The position numbers and the translations under genes are program-made. Under the pieces are notes generated by a model. The model had not been told where the DNA came from. It saw only the letters and a list, made by a program, of their open reading frames with translations, and did no database searches. DNA of 44,959 nucleotides from Candidatus Woesebacteria bacterium (GTDB lineage Bacteria; Patescibacteriota; Microgenomatia; UBA1400; UBA12108), in NCBI GenBank assembly GCA_018060845.1, contig JAGOVG010000007.1, positions 1 to 44,959 on the forward strand, given 5' to 3'. Shown here piece by piece: positions 27,430-36,084 of the stretch. How positions within the stretch are numbered: the first letter of the stretch is position 1; each line of letters opens with the position of its first letter.

Positions 27430-28112
27430 GAGTCAATGTTAATCTGTCGCGCCTCACCAGGTTTTAAATCTCCTAGTTCCCACTCCCCTAGCTTAGTCCT
27501 GATTAGCTGGATGACGGGGTAGGACACTGCTTCGCACATTTTACGGATCTGGCGATTGCGACCTTCGTGGATGGTGATATCGATCCAGGTGTTATTTGGT
27601 TGTTTTTCGACTATTTCAACTATAGCCGGCGCGGTCTTTTTACCCTCAATTACTACCCCAGACTCTAAATATTTGACGGCTTTGGCAGTAATGTTTCCCT
27701 TAACTAAGACGCGGTAGGTTTTATTGGTTTCGTATTTTGGGTGAGTCAACTTTTGGGCGAGTTCGCCATCATCGGTTAAGAGCATGAGTCCCTCTGAGTC
27801 GTAGTCGAGACGGCCGACGGGATACAGACGCTTCTTTGATTTGACCAAACTAGTAACTGTACGGCGACCGTCGGGATCCGAAGTGGTCGAGACAACTTGC
27901 CTGGGCTTGTTGACTAGGTAATAGACGTGTCCGGCGGGTGCATGCAGTTTTTGACCTCTCACAACAACCTGATCAAGGGTAGTGTCGATTACCTGACCAA
28001 TACCTGCTCTCTTGCCATTTACCGTGACTAAGCCATCCTGGATCAAGACCTCGCTCTTTCTCCTAGAGGCAATCCCGCAGTTAGCCATGAATTTGTGCAA
28101 TCTCATTTTCAT
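27426..28112 (-). CDS. rRNA pseudouridine synthase, RsuA/RluB family
   Basis: S4 domain, GRLDYDSEG catalytic Asp, IHEGRNRQIRKM. Confidence 0.95.
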   Translation of the reverse strand: MKMRLHKFMANCGIASRRKSEVLIQDGLVTVNGKRAGIGQVIDTTLDQVVVRGQKLHAPAGHVYYLVNKPRQVVSTTSDPDGRRTVTSLVKSKKRLYPVGRLDYDSEGLMLLTDDGELAQKLTHPKYETNKTYRVLVKGNITAKAVKYLESGVVIEGKKTAPAIVEIVEKQPNNTWIDITIHEGRNRQIRKMCEAVSYPVIQLIRTKLGEWELGDLKPGEARQINIDS

Positions 28113-28124
28113 AGAGTTATTATA

Positions 28125-28153
28125 CCACCCTACGCCTGGAGGCTACGGAGTGG
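28125..28153. repeat. Short intergenic palindromic element
   Basis: CCAC-cctac-GCCT-gg-AGGC-tacgga-GTGG nested arms; resembles dispersed CTACGC...GCTACGG elements. Confidence 0.35.
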
Positions 28154-28212
28154 CGCCGCACTATGAGGTATTTTGATATAGACGAAGACTGGTACAATAC
28201 TTTTAACTACCT

Positions 28213-29232
28213 ATGAAGTATTTAACGACTATTATCGCTATCCTACTGCTACCGCTCGTGTTTGTTGCCAATCGCATCATTCCGTTGCCCGATACAGTCG
28301 GGCGAGTAAGTAGTGTTACTGATCCTAGATCTGAGCCGCTGCCACACCGCGAAGTCACTTTGATCACTAATACTGGCAGTATCCACGCGCTCTCATATGA
28401 CGGGACCAATAACACCAAAGTAGGCGAACTAGTGAGTTACAAAGATGAGGGTGGAGTCTTGATAATCGGCGAGAAGTATAGACTACCGAGTCTAGTATCT
28501 TTAACCCTGCTCTTTGTTATCGTAGTACTCCTGGTTTCTGGTATGCACGGAGTCAGGTCACTACTCGGACTCGTGTTTTCTTTTGTGGTGATCTTCAAGT
28601 TTGTGCTGCCACAGATAGTAGCTGGGAGTAATCCAATAATTATTGCGCTACTTGCGAGCGTTGTAATACTGATGGTCTCTTACTTTTTGTCGCATGGGAT
28701 TAACTCAAAATCGGTCATTGCTATCATCGGCACACTGGGAGCACTGATTGTCACAGGGCTACTGGCGATTATCTATGGCAATCTAGCAGGACTGACGGGG
28801 CTAGGGAGCGAAGAAGCGGGCTTTTTGCTCGACACTTTGCCGAGAGAGAGCTTTTATAAACTCTTACTTGCTGGGATGATTATTGGGTCACTCGGAGTAC
28901 TGGATGATATTACGATCTCCCAAGCCTCGATAGTTGAGGAGTTAAAGGGTGCCAACCACCGACTAGGGATGGGTGAGCTATTTTTGCGAGCGATGAGGAT
29001 AGGTCACGACCATATAGCATCACTAGTTAATACACTAGTACTCGTATACGCGGGCAGTGCGCTACCACTACTGCTCTTATTTGTTGTTTCACAAATCGGA
29101 TATGTTGATCTACTAAACTATGAGGCACTGGCCGAAGAGATAGTGCGCACGCTAGTCGCCTCTATTGGTCTTGTGGCTGCAGTACCACTGACTACTCTCA
29201 TTGCCAGTTATTGGTATGGTAGTCGAAGATAG
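28213..29232 (+). CDS. YibE/F-family membrane protein
   Basis: GSLGVLDDITISQ, HIASLVNTLVLVYAGSALPL, EEIVRTLVASIGLV. Confidence 0.92.
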   Translation: MKYLTTIIAILLLPLVFVANRIIPLPDTVGRVSSVTDPRSEPLPHREVTLITNTGSIHALSYDGTNNTKVGELVSYKDEGGVLIIGEKYRLPSLVSLTLLFVIVVLLVSGMHGVRSLLGLVFSFVVIFKFVLPQIVAGSNPIIIALLASVVILMVSYFLSHGINSKSVIAIIGTLGALIVTGLLAIIYGNLAGLTGLGSEEAGFLLDTLPRESFYKLLLAGMIIGSLGVLDDITISQASIVEELKGANHRLGMGELFLRAMRIGHDHIASLVNTLVLVYAGSALPLLLLFVVSQIGYVDLLNYEALAEEIVRTLVASIGLVAAVPLTTLIASYWYGSRR

Positions 29233-29235
29233 CTA

Positions 29236-29979
29236 TTATTCGTGGTGAGAGATTAGTGACATTAGGACGATGCCTAGGATAAACATTGCGACTGTCGCAA
29301 TAGTTTTGTTAGTAGTTTTTCCTTCTTTGAGCTCGGGGATCAGGTCAGCTGAAGCGATATAGATAAAGCCGCCCGCAGCAATAGGGATGAGATAAGAGGC
29401 AAAGATGACTGTGCCGTGAGATAGTAAGTAACCAACTATTCCACCGAGCACAGCGGTGAGTGAGACAGATAGATTAGCGATGAGTGCGCGTGACCGCGTA
29501 AAACCGGAGTGGAGCAATACCCCAAAGTCACCAATCTCCTGCGGGATCTCATGCAGCGCTATCGCAAATAGTGCCACAAATCCCAGTGCGTCTCCTGCTG
29601 CAAATGAAGCAGCAATTAGAAGTCCATCAATAAAATTGTGAATCGCATCACCAAGCAAGTTCATGTAGCCAATGGTGTGTTTGGCGAGGTGTGCCTCGTC
29701 GTGACAGTGGCGCCAGTGCAGAACTCGCTCTAGCAAAAAGAATGCGATAAAAGAGAAGAGTGCGAGCTGAAAGACTAAATGTACATCCATACTCTCGACA
29801 CTCTCTGGCAAGAGATGGAGGAAAGAAGCGCCGAGCATAGTGCCGGCAGAGAGCGAGACTAGTGGTAGTAGAAATTTGTTGAGGACAGCTGGCTTGATAG
29901 AGATTGCGAGGACGCCAATGAGGGAGCCAGAACTAATGAGTAGAGTAGCGCCGATAATAGATAATAGTTCGGTGTTCAT
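29236..29979 (-). CDS. ZIP-family metal transporter
   Basis: HLLPES, His-rich loop HWRHCHDEAH, IHNFIDG, LHEIPQEIGDF. Confidence 0.95.
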   Translation of the reverse strand: MNTELLSIIGATLLISSGSLIGVLAISIKPAVLNKFLLPLVSLSAGTMLGASFLHLLPESVESMDVHLVFQLALFSFIAFFLLERVLHWRHCHDEAHLAKHTIGYMNLLGDAIHNFIDGLLIAASFAAGDALGFVALFAIALHEIPQEIGDFGVLLHSGFTRSRALIANLSVSLTAVLGGIVGYLLSHGTVIFASYLIPIAAGGFIYIASADLIPELKEGKTTNKTIATVAMFILGIVLMSLISHHE

Positions 29980-29982
29980 AAG

Positions 29983-30396
29983 TTAACCTTTCTGTTGACA
30001 ACTCTTGCAGAGCCCAAATAATTCGAGTGCGTGGCGGGTAATACTAAAGCCCTTTTCGACTATGATTTTCCCCATCATACTTTCTAGATTTTCATCCTGT
30101 ACCTCGGCGACTTTGCCACAGCTCTCGCAGACGGCGTGGTGATGATGGTCGTGCAGATATTCGTAGCGAAACTTGCCCTCCTGAAAATCGACTCTGGTTA
30201 AGAGATTGGCTGTTGCCAACTTTTCGAGGGTCCGATAGATTGTAGCGAGGTGGGCGGTACTACCTACTTTTTTTGCAACATCTGCAACAGTTAGCGGTGA
30301 GTTGGCATTGAGACAAATATCGAGGACTCGTGTTCTGGCAGCTGTTGCCTCGATCCCAGCTTCTTCTAATAATTGTCTAGTGCGAATGTTTTGCAT
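29983..30396 (-). CDS. Fur-family regulator (Zur-like by context)
   Basis: ATIYRTL, HDHHHHAVCESCG, GLCKSC. Confidence 0.93.
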   Translation of the reverse strand: MQNIRTRQLLEEAGIEATAARTRVLDICLNANSPLTVADVAKKVGSTAHLATIYRTLEKLATANLLTRVDFQEGKFRYEYLHDHHHHAVCESCGKVAEVQDENLESMMGKIIVEKGFSITRHALELFGLCKSCQQKG

Positions 30397-30424
30397 TTGT
30401 ATATTCTACTGCGAATTGATCGCA
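30381..30424. promoter_or_regulatory. Two imperfect TGCGAA-N3-TTCGCA boxes flanking the fur/zur -10
   Basis: TGCGAA-tgt-TTTGCA (30381-30395) and TGCGAA-ttg-ATCGCA (30410-30424), one mismatch each; minus-strand TAGAAT (30403-30408) 6 nt before the ATG. Confidence 0.6.
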
Positions 30425-31308
30425 GATGCAAATGCCTGCTCAAGCTGCCCTTTGTTTAGATTGGTCCCGATTACTAGGATCGCTGTATTGTAGTCACTCT
30501 CTGCAAGTTCTGTTTTTCTAAAATCAACGCGACTACCTACTTTTTGTAGCAGAAACCTATCACTATATCCTTTGACTCGAAGAACGTTGTCGGTTAATTG
30601 TGATAGTACTGCTGATAATTTGTTAATGTCGTGAGGTACATTACTAAGGTAGTAGTATTGGTCATAAGCAGCGTGAGAGTGGTTATGGTCTACCTCGTCA
30701 TGCATGTGCGGGGCTAGTGGTGGGTCAAAGATAATACTGGTCTGAAAGCTACTATCCCAAACAAACGTTTTGGTACCGAGGCCAATTGATGAGACCCTTT
30801 GCAGTAACCTGTCGAGATCTTCTTTTGTGTGGTTCTGAGTCTTTGCGAGGATGGCATAATCGGCCTCGGCTATTTGAGACATAACTAGGGGATGATCATG
30901 AGAGGATTGATCAAAATTGTCTGAGTCGACTACTGCCACTACCGTATCAAGAGTAATTAAATCAGAGAGTGTGGAGCTAGTTAAGGTAGCGCGGACAGGA
31001 TCTGGATCTGAGAGTCCCGATGCTTCGATGATGAGATATTCGGTAGAAGGTGCGTGCTCGAGAGTATAGCGGATCACCCGAGGTAGGTCGACATTCGCAA
31101 CACAACACAAGCAGCCTCCTGACAATTCGGAGACCATACCCATTCCTTTGACCTCGACAAACTTTGATTCGAGCTTGATGTCGCCAAATTCGTTTAAGAT
31201 GAGAGAGATCTTTTTGTCTGGATGATCACTTAGAATCTGGTTGATCAGGGTAGTTTTGCCAGAACCTAGGAATCCAGTAATTAAGATTGTTGGAATAGGA
31301 TTAGTCAT
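30406..31308 (-). CDS. CobW/COG0523 G3E metallochaperone GTPase
   Basis: GFLGSGKTT, GGCLCC (CxCC), IEASG, His-rich HMHDEVDHNHSH. Probable start MTNPIPTIL at 31308; the ORF track starts at 31377. Confidence 0.92.
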   Translation of the reverse strand: MTNPIPTILITGFLGSGKTTLINQILSDHPDKKISLILNEFGDIKLESKFVEVKGMGMVSELSGGCLCCVANVDLPRVIRYTLEHAPSTEYLIIEASGLSDPDPVRATLTSSTLSDLITLDTVVAVVDSDNFDQSSHDHPLVMSQIAEADYAILAKTQNHTKEDLDRLLQRVSSIGLGTKTFVWDSSFQTSIIFDPPLAPHMHDEVDHNHSHAAYDQYYYLSNVPHDINKLSAVLSQLTDNVLRVKGYSDRFLLQKVGSRVDFRKTELAESDYNTAILVIGTNLNKGQLEQAFASAINSQ

Positions 31309-31741
31309 TATCTTTAAGACTACCACAACTCTCGCACTTACCGTCTTTGTAGTGTCCTCCACAATCGCAGTGCTCATGCCCAGCGTGGGAGTCTACTCCC
31401 AGCACATCTTGCATACCATAATAATTAGTTTGATTATAAGATTCGGAAAATATAGTGTGCGATGCCGAAAAGGTATTTGTTAAAGTTGAATGCTGCGAAC
31501 ACATGCACAATAACTGTTGAGAGATTGCCATATCTTGAATATCGTATATGAGACTCATGTCATATGAGTTTTCAGTGTTATCGACTGCCTCTAGCCAACT
31601 GAGCGTCTCTGCAAAATGGCCGCGCGACTCATCTTTGATGACTGACTCTTCTACTGCAACTGGTGTCTCGACGAGTCGGAAAAAGTCTCCAATCAGATCA
31701 TCTGATTCGACAGGTGTCATAGTAGTATATTCGACTGTCAT
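31301..31741 (-). CDS. Hypothetical acidic protein with a Cys/His-rich C-terminus
   Basis: LCMCSQH and SHAGHEHCDCGGHYKDGKCESCG; stop overlaps the CobW start (ATGACTAA). Confidence 0.7.
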   Translation of the reverse strand: MTVEYTTMTPVESDDLIGDFFRLVETPVAVEESVIKDESRGHFAETLSWLEAVDNTENSYDMSLIYDIQDMAISQQLLCMCSQHSTLTNTFSASHTIFSESYNQTNYYGMQDVLGVDSHAGHEHCDCGGHYKDGKCESCGSLKDND

Positions 31742-31747
31742 ACAATT

Positions 31748-32572
31748 TTAGCGATGTGAGTCTACCACCCGACTAAATCTATCTCCCGCTTGATACTTAA
31801 CTACTTCGTGATAGGCCATGGCCTGTAATAGCTCTAAGGCCCCGGATTGAGTTGCAGTGAGAGGACTTAAGATAGATTTTTTATCCAGAATGTCTTGATC
31901 AACGAGTTTTCTAGGGAAAACTATTGCCAAGTCAGGCTGAGGATCAATCTCGGTTACTGGTCTTCGGACAGTAATCGGTATTGGTAGCAGAGCAATATCA
32001 TCTGGAGTATTCTTTGATATGATGCTAGCCATTAAACGACTCTGCTCCCATTCGTCGGCGATATGGACCTGACGATTTACGTCGCCAGCACTCACGAGTT
32101 TGGCTGCACGACTAGGAGATATTGCGGTAGACATAACGCTACCCAAATGTCTGGGATCCGCAACCCCTGCAAACCCCGGACTACTATGATCACCAACTGT
32201 TGCGAGTTGTGAGAGAGCCGACGCGGTACTCACTAATTCATCCAAGTTAAGTTTATCTGGCTTAGCGGGATTGAGATGATCCGGAGTCCAAAAACCATTA
32301 CTCGTAACCTTGCCAATCTGAGCTAATACTAAGCGGCCATCCTTGTAGCTAGAATCTGGATGTACTACACCATAAGCCAAGTAATTTTTTGAGTCTTTGA
32401 TAACACAGATTGACCCGATCCCGAGCCCTAAGACCAGCTGGATGCCGAGCTGATCTAATTTGGTACCACCTGCACCACGCTCTTTAATGCTTTGAACTAT
32501 ACTGCTTTCAAGACCGAGTAAGTTTGGTTTACTATCTATGAGCCGGGTAGGCTTGATGATCTCTCCACCCAT
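31748..32572 (-). CDS. Hypothetical protein, first gene of the leftward metal operon
   Basis: 274-aa ORF, 6 nt from the next gene; no family recognised. Confidence 0.7.
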   Translation of the reverse strand: MGGEIIKPTRLIDSKPNLLGLESSIVQSIKERGAGGTKLDQLGIQLVLGLGIGSICVIKDSKNYLAYGVVHPDSSYKDGRLVLAQIGKVTSNGFWTPDHLNPAKPDKLNLDELVSTASALSQLATVGDHSSPGFAGVADPRHLGSVMSTAISPSRAAKLVSAGDVNRQVHIADEWEQSRLMASIISKNTPDDIALLPIPITVRRPVTEIDPQPDLAIVFPRKLVDQDILDKKSILSPLTATQSGALELLQAMAYHEVVKYQAGDRFSRVVDSHR

Positions 32573-32619
32573 GAGAGAGTCCTTTGCGATATAGTATTTC
32601 GTGTAATTCAGTATTAGTC

Positions 32620-32660
32620 ATATGCGAATGGTTCGCATATTATATTGCGAACTGTTCGCA
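32620..32660. promoter_or_regulatory. Tandem perfect palindromic operators TGCGAA-N3-TTCGCA (candidate Fur/Zur boxes)
   Basis: ATATGCGAA-tgg-TTCGCATAT (32620-32640) and TGCGAA-ctg-TTCGCA (32646-32660), overlying the minus-strand promoter TTGACA(32663-68)-18-TATAAT(32639-44). Confidence 0.75.
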
Positions 32661-32702
32661 TTTGTCAACACAGTAGAAAAGGGGACTGGTATAATAATGT
32701 TT

Positions 32703-33218
32703 ATGAAGATTCCTTGGAAGTTAATAGCGACTAGCACAGCGTGTCTTGGAGTTCTAGCCACACTACTAATGTACAGACCGCATACACATGATACCGAGCA
32801 TGTCCACTATCACGCCGGGTTCAAAGTATATATTGATGATCAGCTACAGGACTATTCTGGGTACCAGCATATGAACTACACCCCATGCTCGCTGCATGAT
32901 GAAAAAAAATCTCCAGCCGAGGAACAAATGGAAAAAGCTCATCTTCATGAGAATGTGGGTGACGTAGTGCACGTTCACCGAGAGGGAGCTGTCTGGGGTG
33001 ACTTATTTGAGAACATCAAAGCTAATTTACCTCAAGATAAAATAGTAAGAGGATTTGTCGATGGCTCAGTGGTAGAGGATATCATGAAGACTCCTATAAA
33101 GCCTTATACTACTGCCATTATCTTGGTTGGTGAGAGTGATGCGAGCCGGAGCGCAGAAGTGGTTTCACGCGAACACATTGAAGAAGTAGAGAAAAAGAGT
33201 GAGCTATGTGGGACTTAG
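32703..33218 (+). CDS. Exported/anchored His-rich hypothetical protein
   Basis: N-terminal hydrophobic segment, HTHDTEHVHYHAGF, AHLHE...VHVH, terminal ELCG. TGgTATAAT 7 nt before ATG 32703; the ORF track start at 32622 lies in the operator and is unlikely. Confidence 0.75.
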   Translation: MKIPWKLIATSTACLGVLATLLMYRPHTHDTEHVHYHAGFKVYIDDQLQDYSGYQHMNYTPCSLHDEKKSPAEEQMEKAHLHENVGDVVHVHREGAVWGDLFENIKANLPQDKIVRGFVDGSVVEDIMKTPIKPYTTAIILVGESDASRSAEVVSREHIEEVEKKSELCGT

Positions 33219-33712
33219 TTTAATAAGTAGATAGCGAGATTTAGAAGAGCCGCAAAACTAACCCAAGCAAGATATGGGTATAGCAAGTATGCGGCATTTT
33301 TGTTAAGCTTTTTTGATTCCTGAATGGTTCGAACAATAAAGTACCATAAGGCAACAATTTCGACAAAGGCGAGGCCTGGCTCTTTGAAACCAAAAAAGAG
33401 TATAGACCAAAGAGTGTTGAGAACTAGTTGAGCCCAGTAGAGCTGCCAAAAGATTTTAGCTTTTTTGCCAAACTGAAAGCGACGATATACGAGGTAGGCA
33501 GAAATACCCATTAGGGTATAAAGAGTTGTCCAGACAGGACCAAAAAGATAATTGGGAGGACTAAAGAATGGCTTATCTAGTGTGGCGTACCAGGTAGGGA
33601 TGGCGGAGAAAGTAAATAGACTACCAAGCAGGCCAGCAGACTGAGCTAAAACAATGAATAAGAGGAGGAACCAGTAGTTATCTTTGGGTTTGTTCCAGGG
33701 CCAGAAAAACAT
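33215..33712 (-). CDS. tspO: TspO/MBR tryptophan-rich sensory protein
   Basis: WYATLDKPFFSPPNYLFGPVWT, LNTLWSILFFG, PYLAWVSFAALLN. Confidence 0.95.
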   Translation of the reverse strand: MFFWPWNKPKDNYWFLLLFIVLAQSAGLLGSLFTFSAIPTWYATLDKPFFSPPNYLFGPVWTTLYTLMGISAYLVYRRFQFGKKAKIFWQLYWAQLVLNTLWSILFFGFKEPGLAFVEIVALWYFIVRTIQESKKLNKNAAYLLYPYLAWVSFAALLNLAIYLLN

Positions 33713-33733
33713 ATATTTTTAGTATACGCTAAT

Positions 33734-34024
33734 TTATGACTCGTCGATACGCATAAAGCGAGAGATAGTCTCCCCATCCCATTCTACTGATTCTAACCAA
33801 GAATCAAGATTACGCACAAAGGGAGGAGCATCGGTCCTAGCTACATCCTGGTAGACCACACATACCTTTTGACTGTCCTCCTGTATCGCTAGCATTAAGA
33901 CTTTGTATTTACGCTTGGGATATTTATAGTGGCGGTAGGTGGCGCCCACGACGACATTCTTTGAGGCATCAAAGAGGAGTTTGTTTAATGCTTCATGATT
34001 TTGGTGAGAATTGTTTTTCATCAT
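33734..34024 (-). CDS. DUF1653-family protein
   Basis: YRHYK...YKV...VVYQ...FVR. Confidence 0.8.
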   Translation of the reverse strand: MMKNNSHQNHEALNKLLFDASKNVVVGATYRHYKYPKRKYKVLMLAIQEDSQKVCVVYQDVARTDAPPFVRNLDSWLESVEWDGETISRFMRIDES

Positions 34025-34635
34025 ATGGCTAGGATTTTTTGATCGTCTCCGTTGACTATCATTACCTGATCATCCCGCAGGAGTGTTAGCTTATCACCCC
34101 ATTTGTTAATAGTCTCTTGTTCTCTGTCTGCATACTTAGGCTTGCCACTATGAGGGTGTAGCTGAGTATTAATGAGACCAAGGCCAGTATAGTTGGTAAG
34201 CAATGGAGCAGTACTAGGATTGTCAAATGGAATAGCATGTTCAATTGAAGTAGAGAGTACAGCGCTACCTGCTGAACTACCAATATAAATAATCCCTTTA
34301 GAGAGTAACTCTGGCAACACTTTGTCCACCCCTGTTTGGCGCATGTGCCAAAGGAGATAAAAGACGTTGCCGCCCTCAACATAGATGATGTCAAATTTTG
34401 AGAGATCACTTAGCAACTCCTGTTCATTTTTACCTTTGATGTCGTAATCGGTTAGCTTAAAGCCCATCGAGACTAGCTTTTGACGGTTAGAGTCTGCCCA
34501 GGGACGATTATCTAAGGCGTATGGATCGGCGGCTGTTGGGATGTAGGCGAGAGATAGCTCAATGGGTGGTCGAGGAAGTATTGGGTGGATAAGGTCGAGG
34601 GTAGTGCTCGCGAGACTGGTAAGAAAAAGCTTCAT
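34021..34635 (-). CDS. Peptidase E-like (S51) protein
   Basis: YIPTA, YVEGGNVFYL, YIGSSAG nucleophile, PH. Confidence 0.9.
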   Translation of the reverse strand: MKLFLTSLASTTLDLIHPILPRPPIELSLAYIPTAADPYALDNRPWADSNRQKLVSMGFKLTDYDIKGKNEQELLSDLSKFDIIYVEGGNVFYLLWHMRQTGVDKVLPELLSKGIIYIGSSAGSAVLSTSIEHAIPFDNPSTAPLLTNYTGLGLINTQLHPHSGKPKYADREQETINKWGDKLTLLRDDQVMIVNGDDQKILAI

Positions 34636-34640
34636 TCTTA

Positions 34641-35456
34641 CTATTCTATCTTCTTCTGCCCGGTGTATCTAGCGGGAGAAACAACTTGTTTACCTGTCTT
34701 TGATTCCAGTTCGACTCGAGCTGCGCGTGCCACACCACCACCTTTCTTCGCAACCGCTCTGTTTTGGTCAAAAGTAATGGGTTCGACTTTTTTGGAGATT
34801 TCTTTTGTCGATTCTTCGGCTAGCATGTTAAGCACTAACTCTAAGTTGGTCATATTATCTCGGAGATTTTCTTTTTTTAGGTCTTTGTATTTCTTGTATG
34901 ATTTGGTGGTAATCCCAGCCCAGGCAAATGTGATGTCGTCTGTCAAAATAGCGAACTCTTTACCTTGCTTTACGCCACGATGCTCCCATTCATCAGTTAA
35001 TCCTTTGCGAACTTCGATACTCTTTAGTCGCATATTGATCCAATCGTCACTCCTACCCTGTCTTTTGTAGGTAGCTAGTGCGCGGTGGATCGCTCGCTCA
35101 GGATCTACGCTCTCTTCTACACGTTCGTAACCCACTCTGGCTAACCATAGTTTAAATGGCTCGGCATTTTTGCTTGGTATAGATTGGATAATCCTAAACA
35201 TTGTCTCTGTGTCTGCACAGTCGGTGAAATATTTTTTTCCGTCTGAGGCCACTAATTTCAGTTGGTTACACTTTGTAACCACCTCACTATTTTCTTCTTT
35301 TAGTCTGATTTTTAGCACCTTCCAGTAATTGCGAGGATCTGAGGACTCACTAAGTGCCCCAACCACATCAACTACAGAGAAGTACCACAACTCTCTAGCA
35401 TCATCCCAGTGTCTACGTATCTGCTTACCCTCGAATATTGCTAGTGCGTCTACCAT
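34641..35456 (-). CDS. BRO-N domain DNA-binding protein
   Basis: WYFSVVDVV, IIQSIPSKNAEPFKLWLA, NLRDNMT. Confidence 0.85.
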   Translation of the reverse strand: MVDALAIFEGKQIRRHWDDARELWYFSVVDVVGALSESSDPRNYWKVLKIRLKEENSEVVTKCNQLKLVASDGKKYFTDCADTETMFRIIQSIPSKNAEPFKLWLARVGYERVEESVDPERAIHRALATYKRQGRSDDWINMRLKSIEVRKGLTDEWEHRGVKQGKEFAILTDDITFAWAGITTKSYKKYKDLKKENLRDNMTNLELVLNMLAEESTKEISKKVEPITFDQNRAVAKKGGGVARAARVELESKTGKQVVSPARYTGQKKIE

Positions 35457-35461
35457 ACCAA

Positions 35462-35517
35462 CCCTCCCTTACACTAATAACAGCTCTATTTAATACCGTA
35501 GTATACCCGAATGTCAA
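35462..35517 (-). promoter_or_regulatory. BRO-N promoter with TTCGG-N6-TACGG repeat and shared 15-nt leader
   Basis: Plus strand CCGTA-gtatac-CCGAA (35496-35511) next to -35 TTGACA (35512-17); CCCTCCCTTACACTA at 35462-35476. Confidence 0.6.
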
Positions 35518-35540
35518 CTCCTTGCGTTCCGTAAGAATGA

Positions 35541-35837
35541 TTACTTCTTCAACCCGAAATAGAGCATGAATAGCAGTATCGCTTTTAGGCCGTAGCCAGC
35601 GCTCGGGTCAATTGCGAGCCGTGTTAAGGGTGTCATGCTTCCAAATATTAAGTGAAAGATGATACTAAGCGGCAATACTAAGAGTACCCATTGGAAGTGT
35701 GACAACTGTCGCTTGGTAGGTAAGATAATTTTGTTCAGTGTAGGAACTAGGAGATAGACGCCAACATATGCGAGGGAAAAATCAAAGAAAGCAAATTCAC
35801 CAATTCTGAACGAGCGTAAATATTCGATAGTTATCAT
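35541..35837 (-). CDS. Small hypothetical membrane protein, last gene of the copper operon
   Basis: 98 aa, 2-3 TM; 4-bp overlap with the HMA gene. Confidence 0.7.
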   Translation of the reverse strand: MITIEYLRSFRIGEFAFFDFSLAYVGVYLLVPTLNKIILPTKRQLSHFQWVLLVLPLSIIFHLIFGSMTPLTRLAIDPSAGYGLKAILLFMLYFGLKK

Positions 35838-36073
35838 GTGAGGACAGTATAACCTAGTTTCTCGATTGTTATCTTAAACTGAGTAGGCTTGACCAGTTTG
35901 GGATCATAAACTATCACTGACTCTTGTTTGGCATAACTGGTATTACTAGTGATTACACCATTTATCTCTTCGAGCTCACCGTCGATGTTGAGACTACAAC
36001 TAGCACAGTGGAGACCAGAGAGTTTCAACTTGATTGTGTCACCTGCTGGTTTCCTCTTGAAAAGATTAAACAT
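35834..36073 (-). CDS. HMA-domain metallochaperone (CopZ-like)
   Basis: GLHCASC. Confidence 0.92.
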   Translation of the reverse strand: MFNLFKRKPAGDTIKLKLSGLHCASCSLNIDGELEEINGVITSNTSYAKQESVIVYDPKLVKPTQFKITIEKLGYTVLT

Positions 36074-36084
36074 AAAAATTTATA

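Noticed and set aside
28113-28212. Fur/Zur box upstream of YibE/F
   Set aside because: No TGCGAA-N3-TTCGCA match was found there, so its membership of the regulon is unsupported.
5246-33712. Cytochrome b5-like and TspO genes as evidence of respiration or heme synthesis
   Set aside because: Both families occur as stand-alone ligand binders; no respiratory or heme-pathway genes are in the window.
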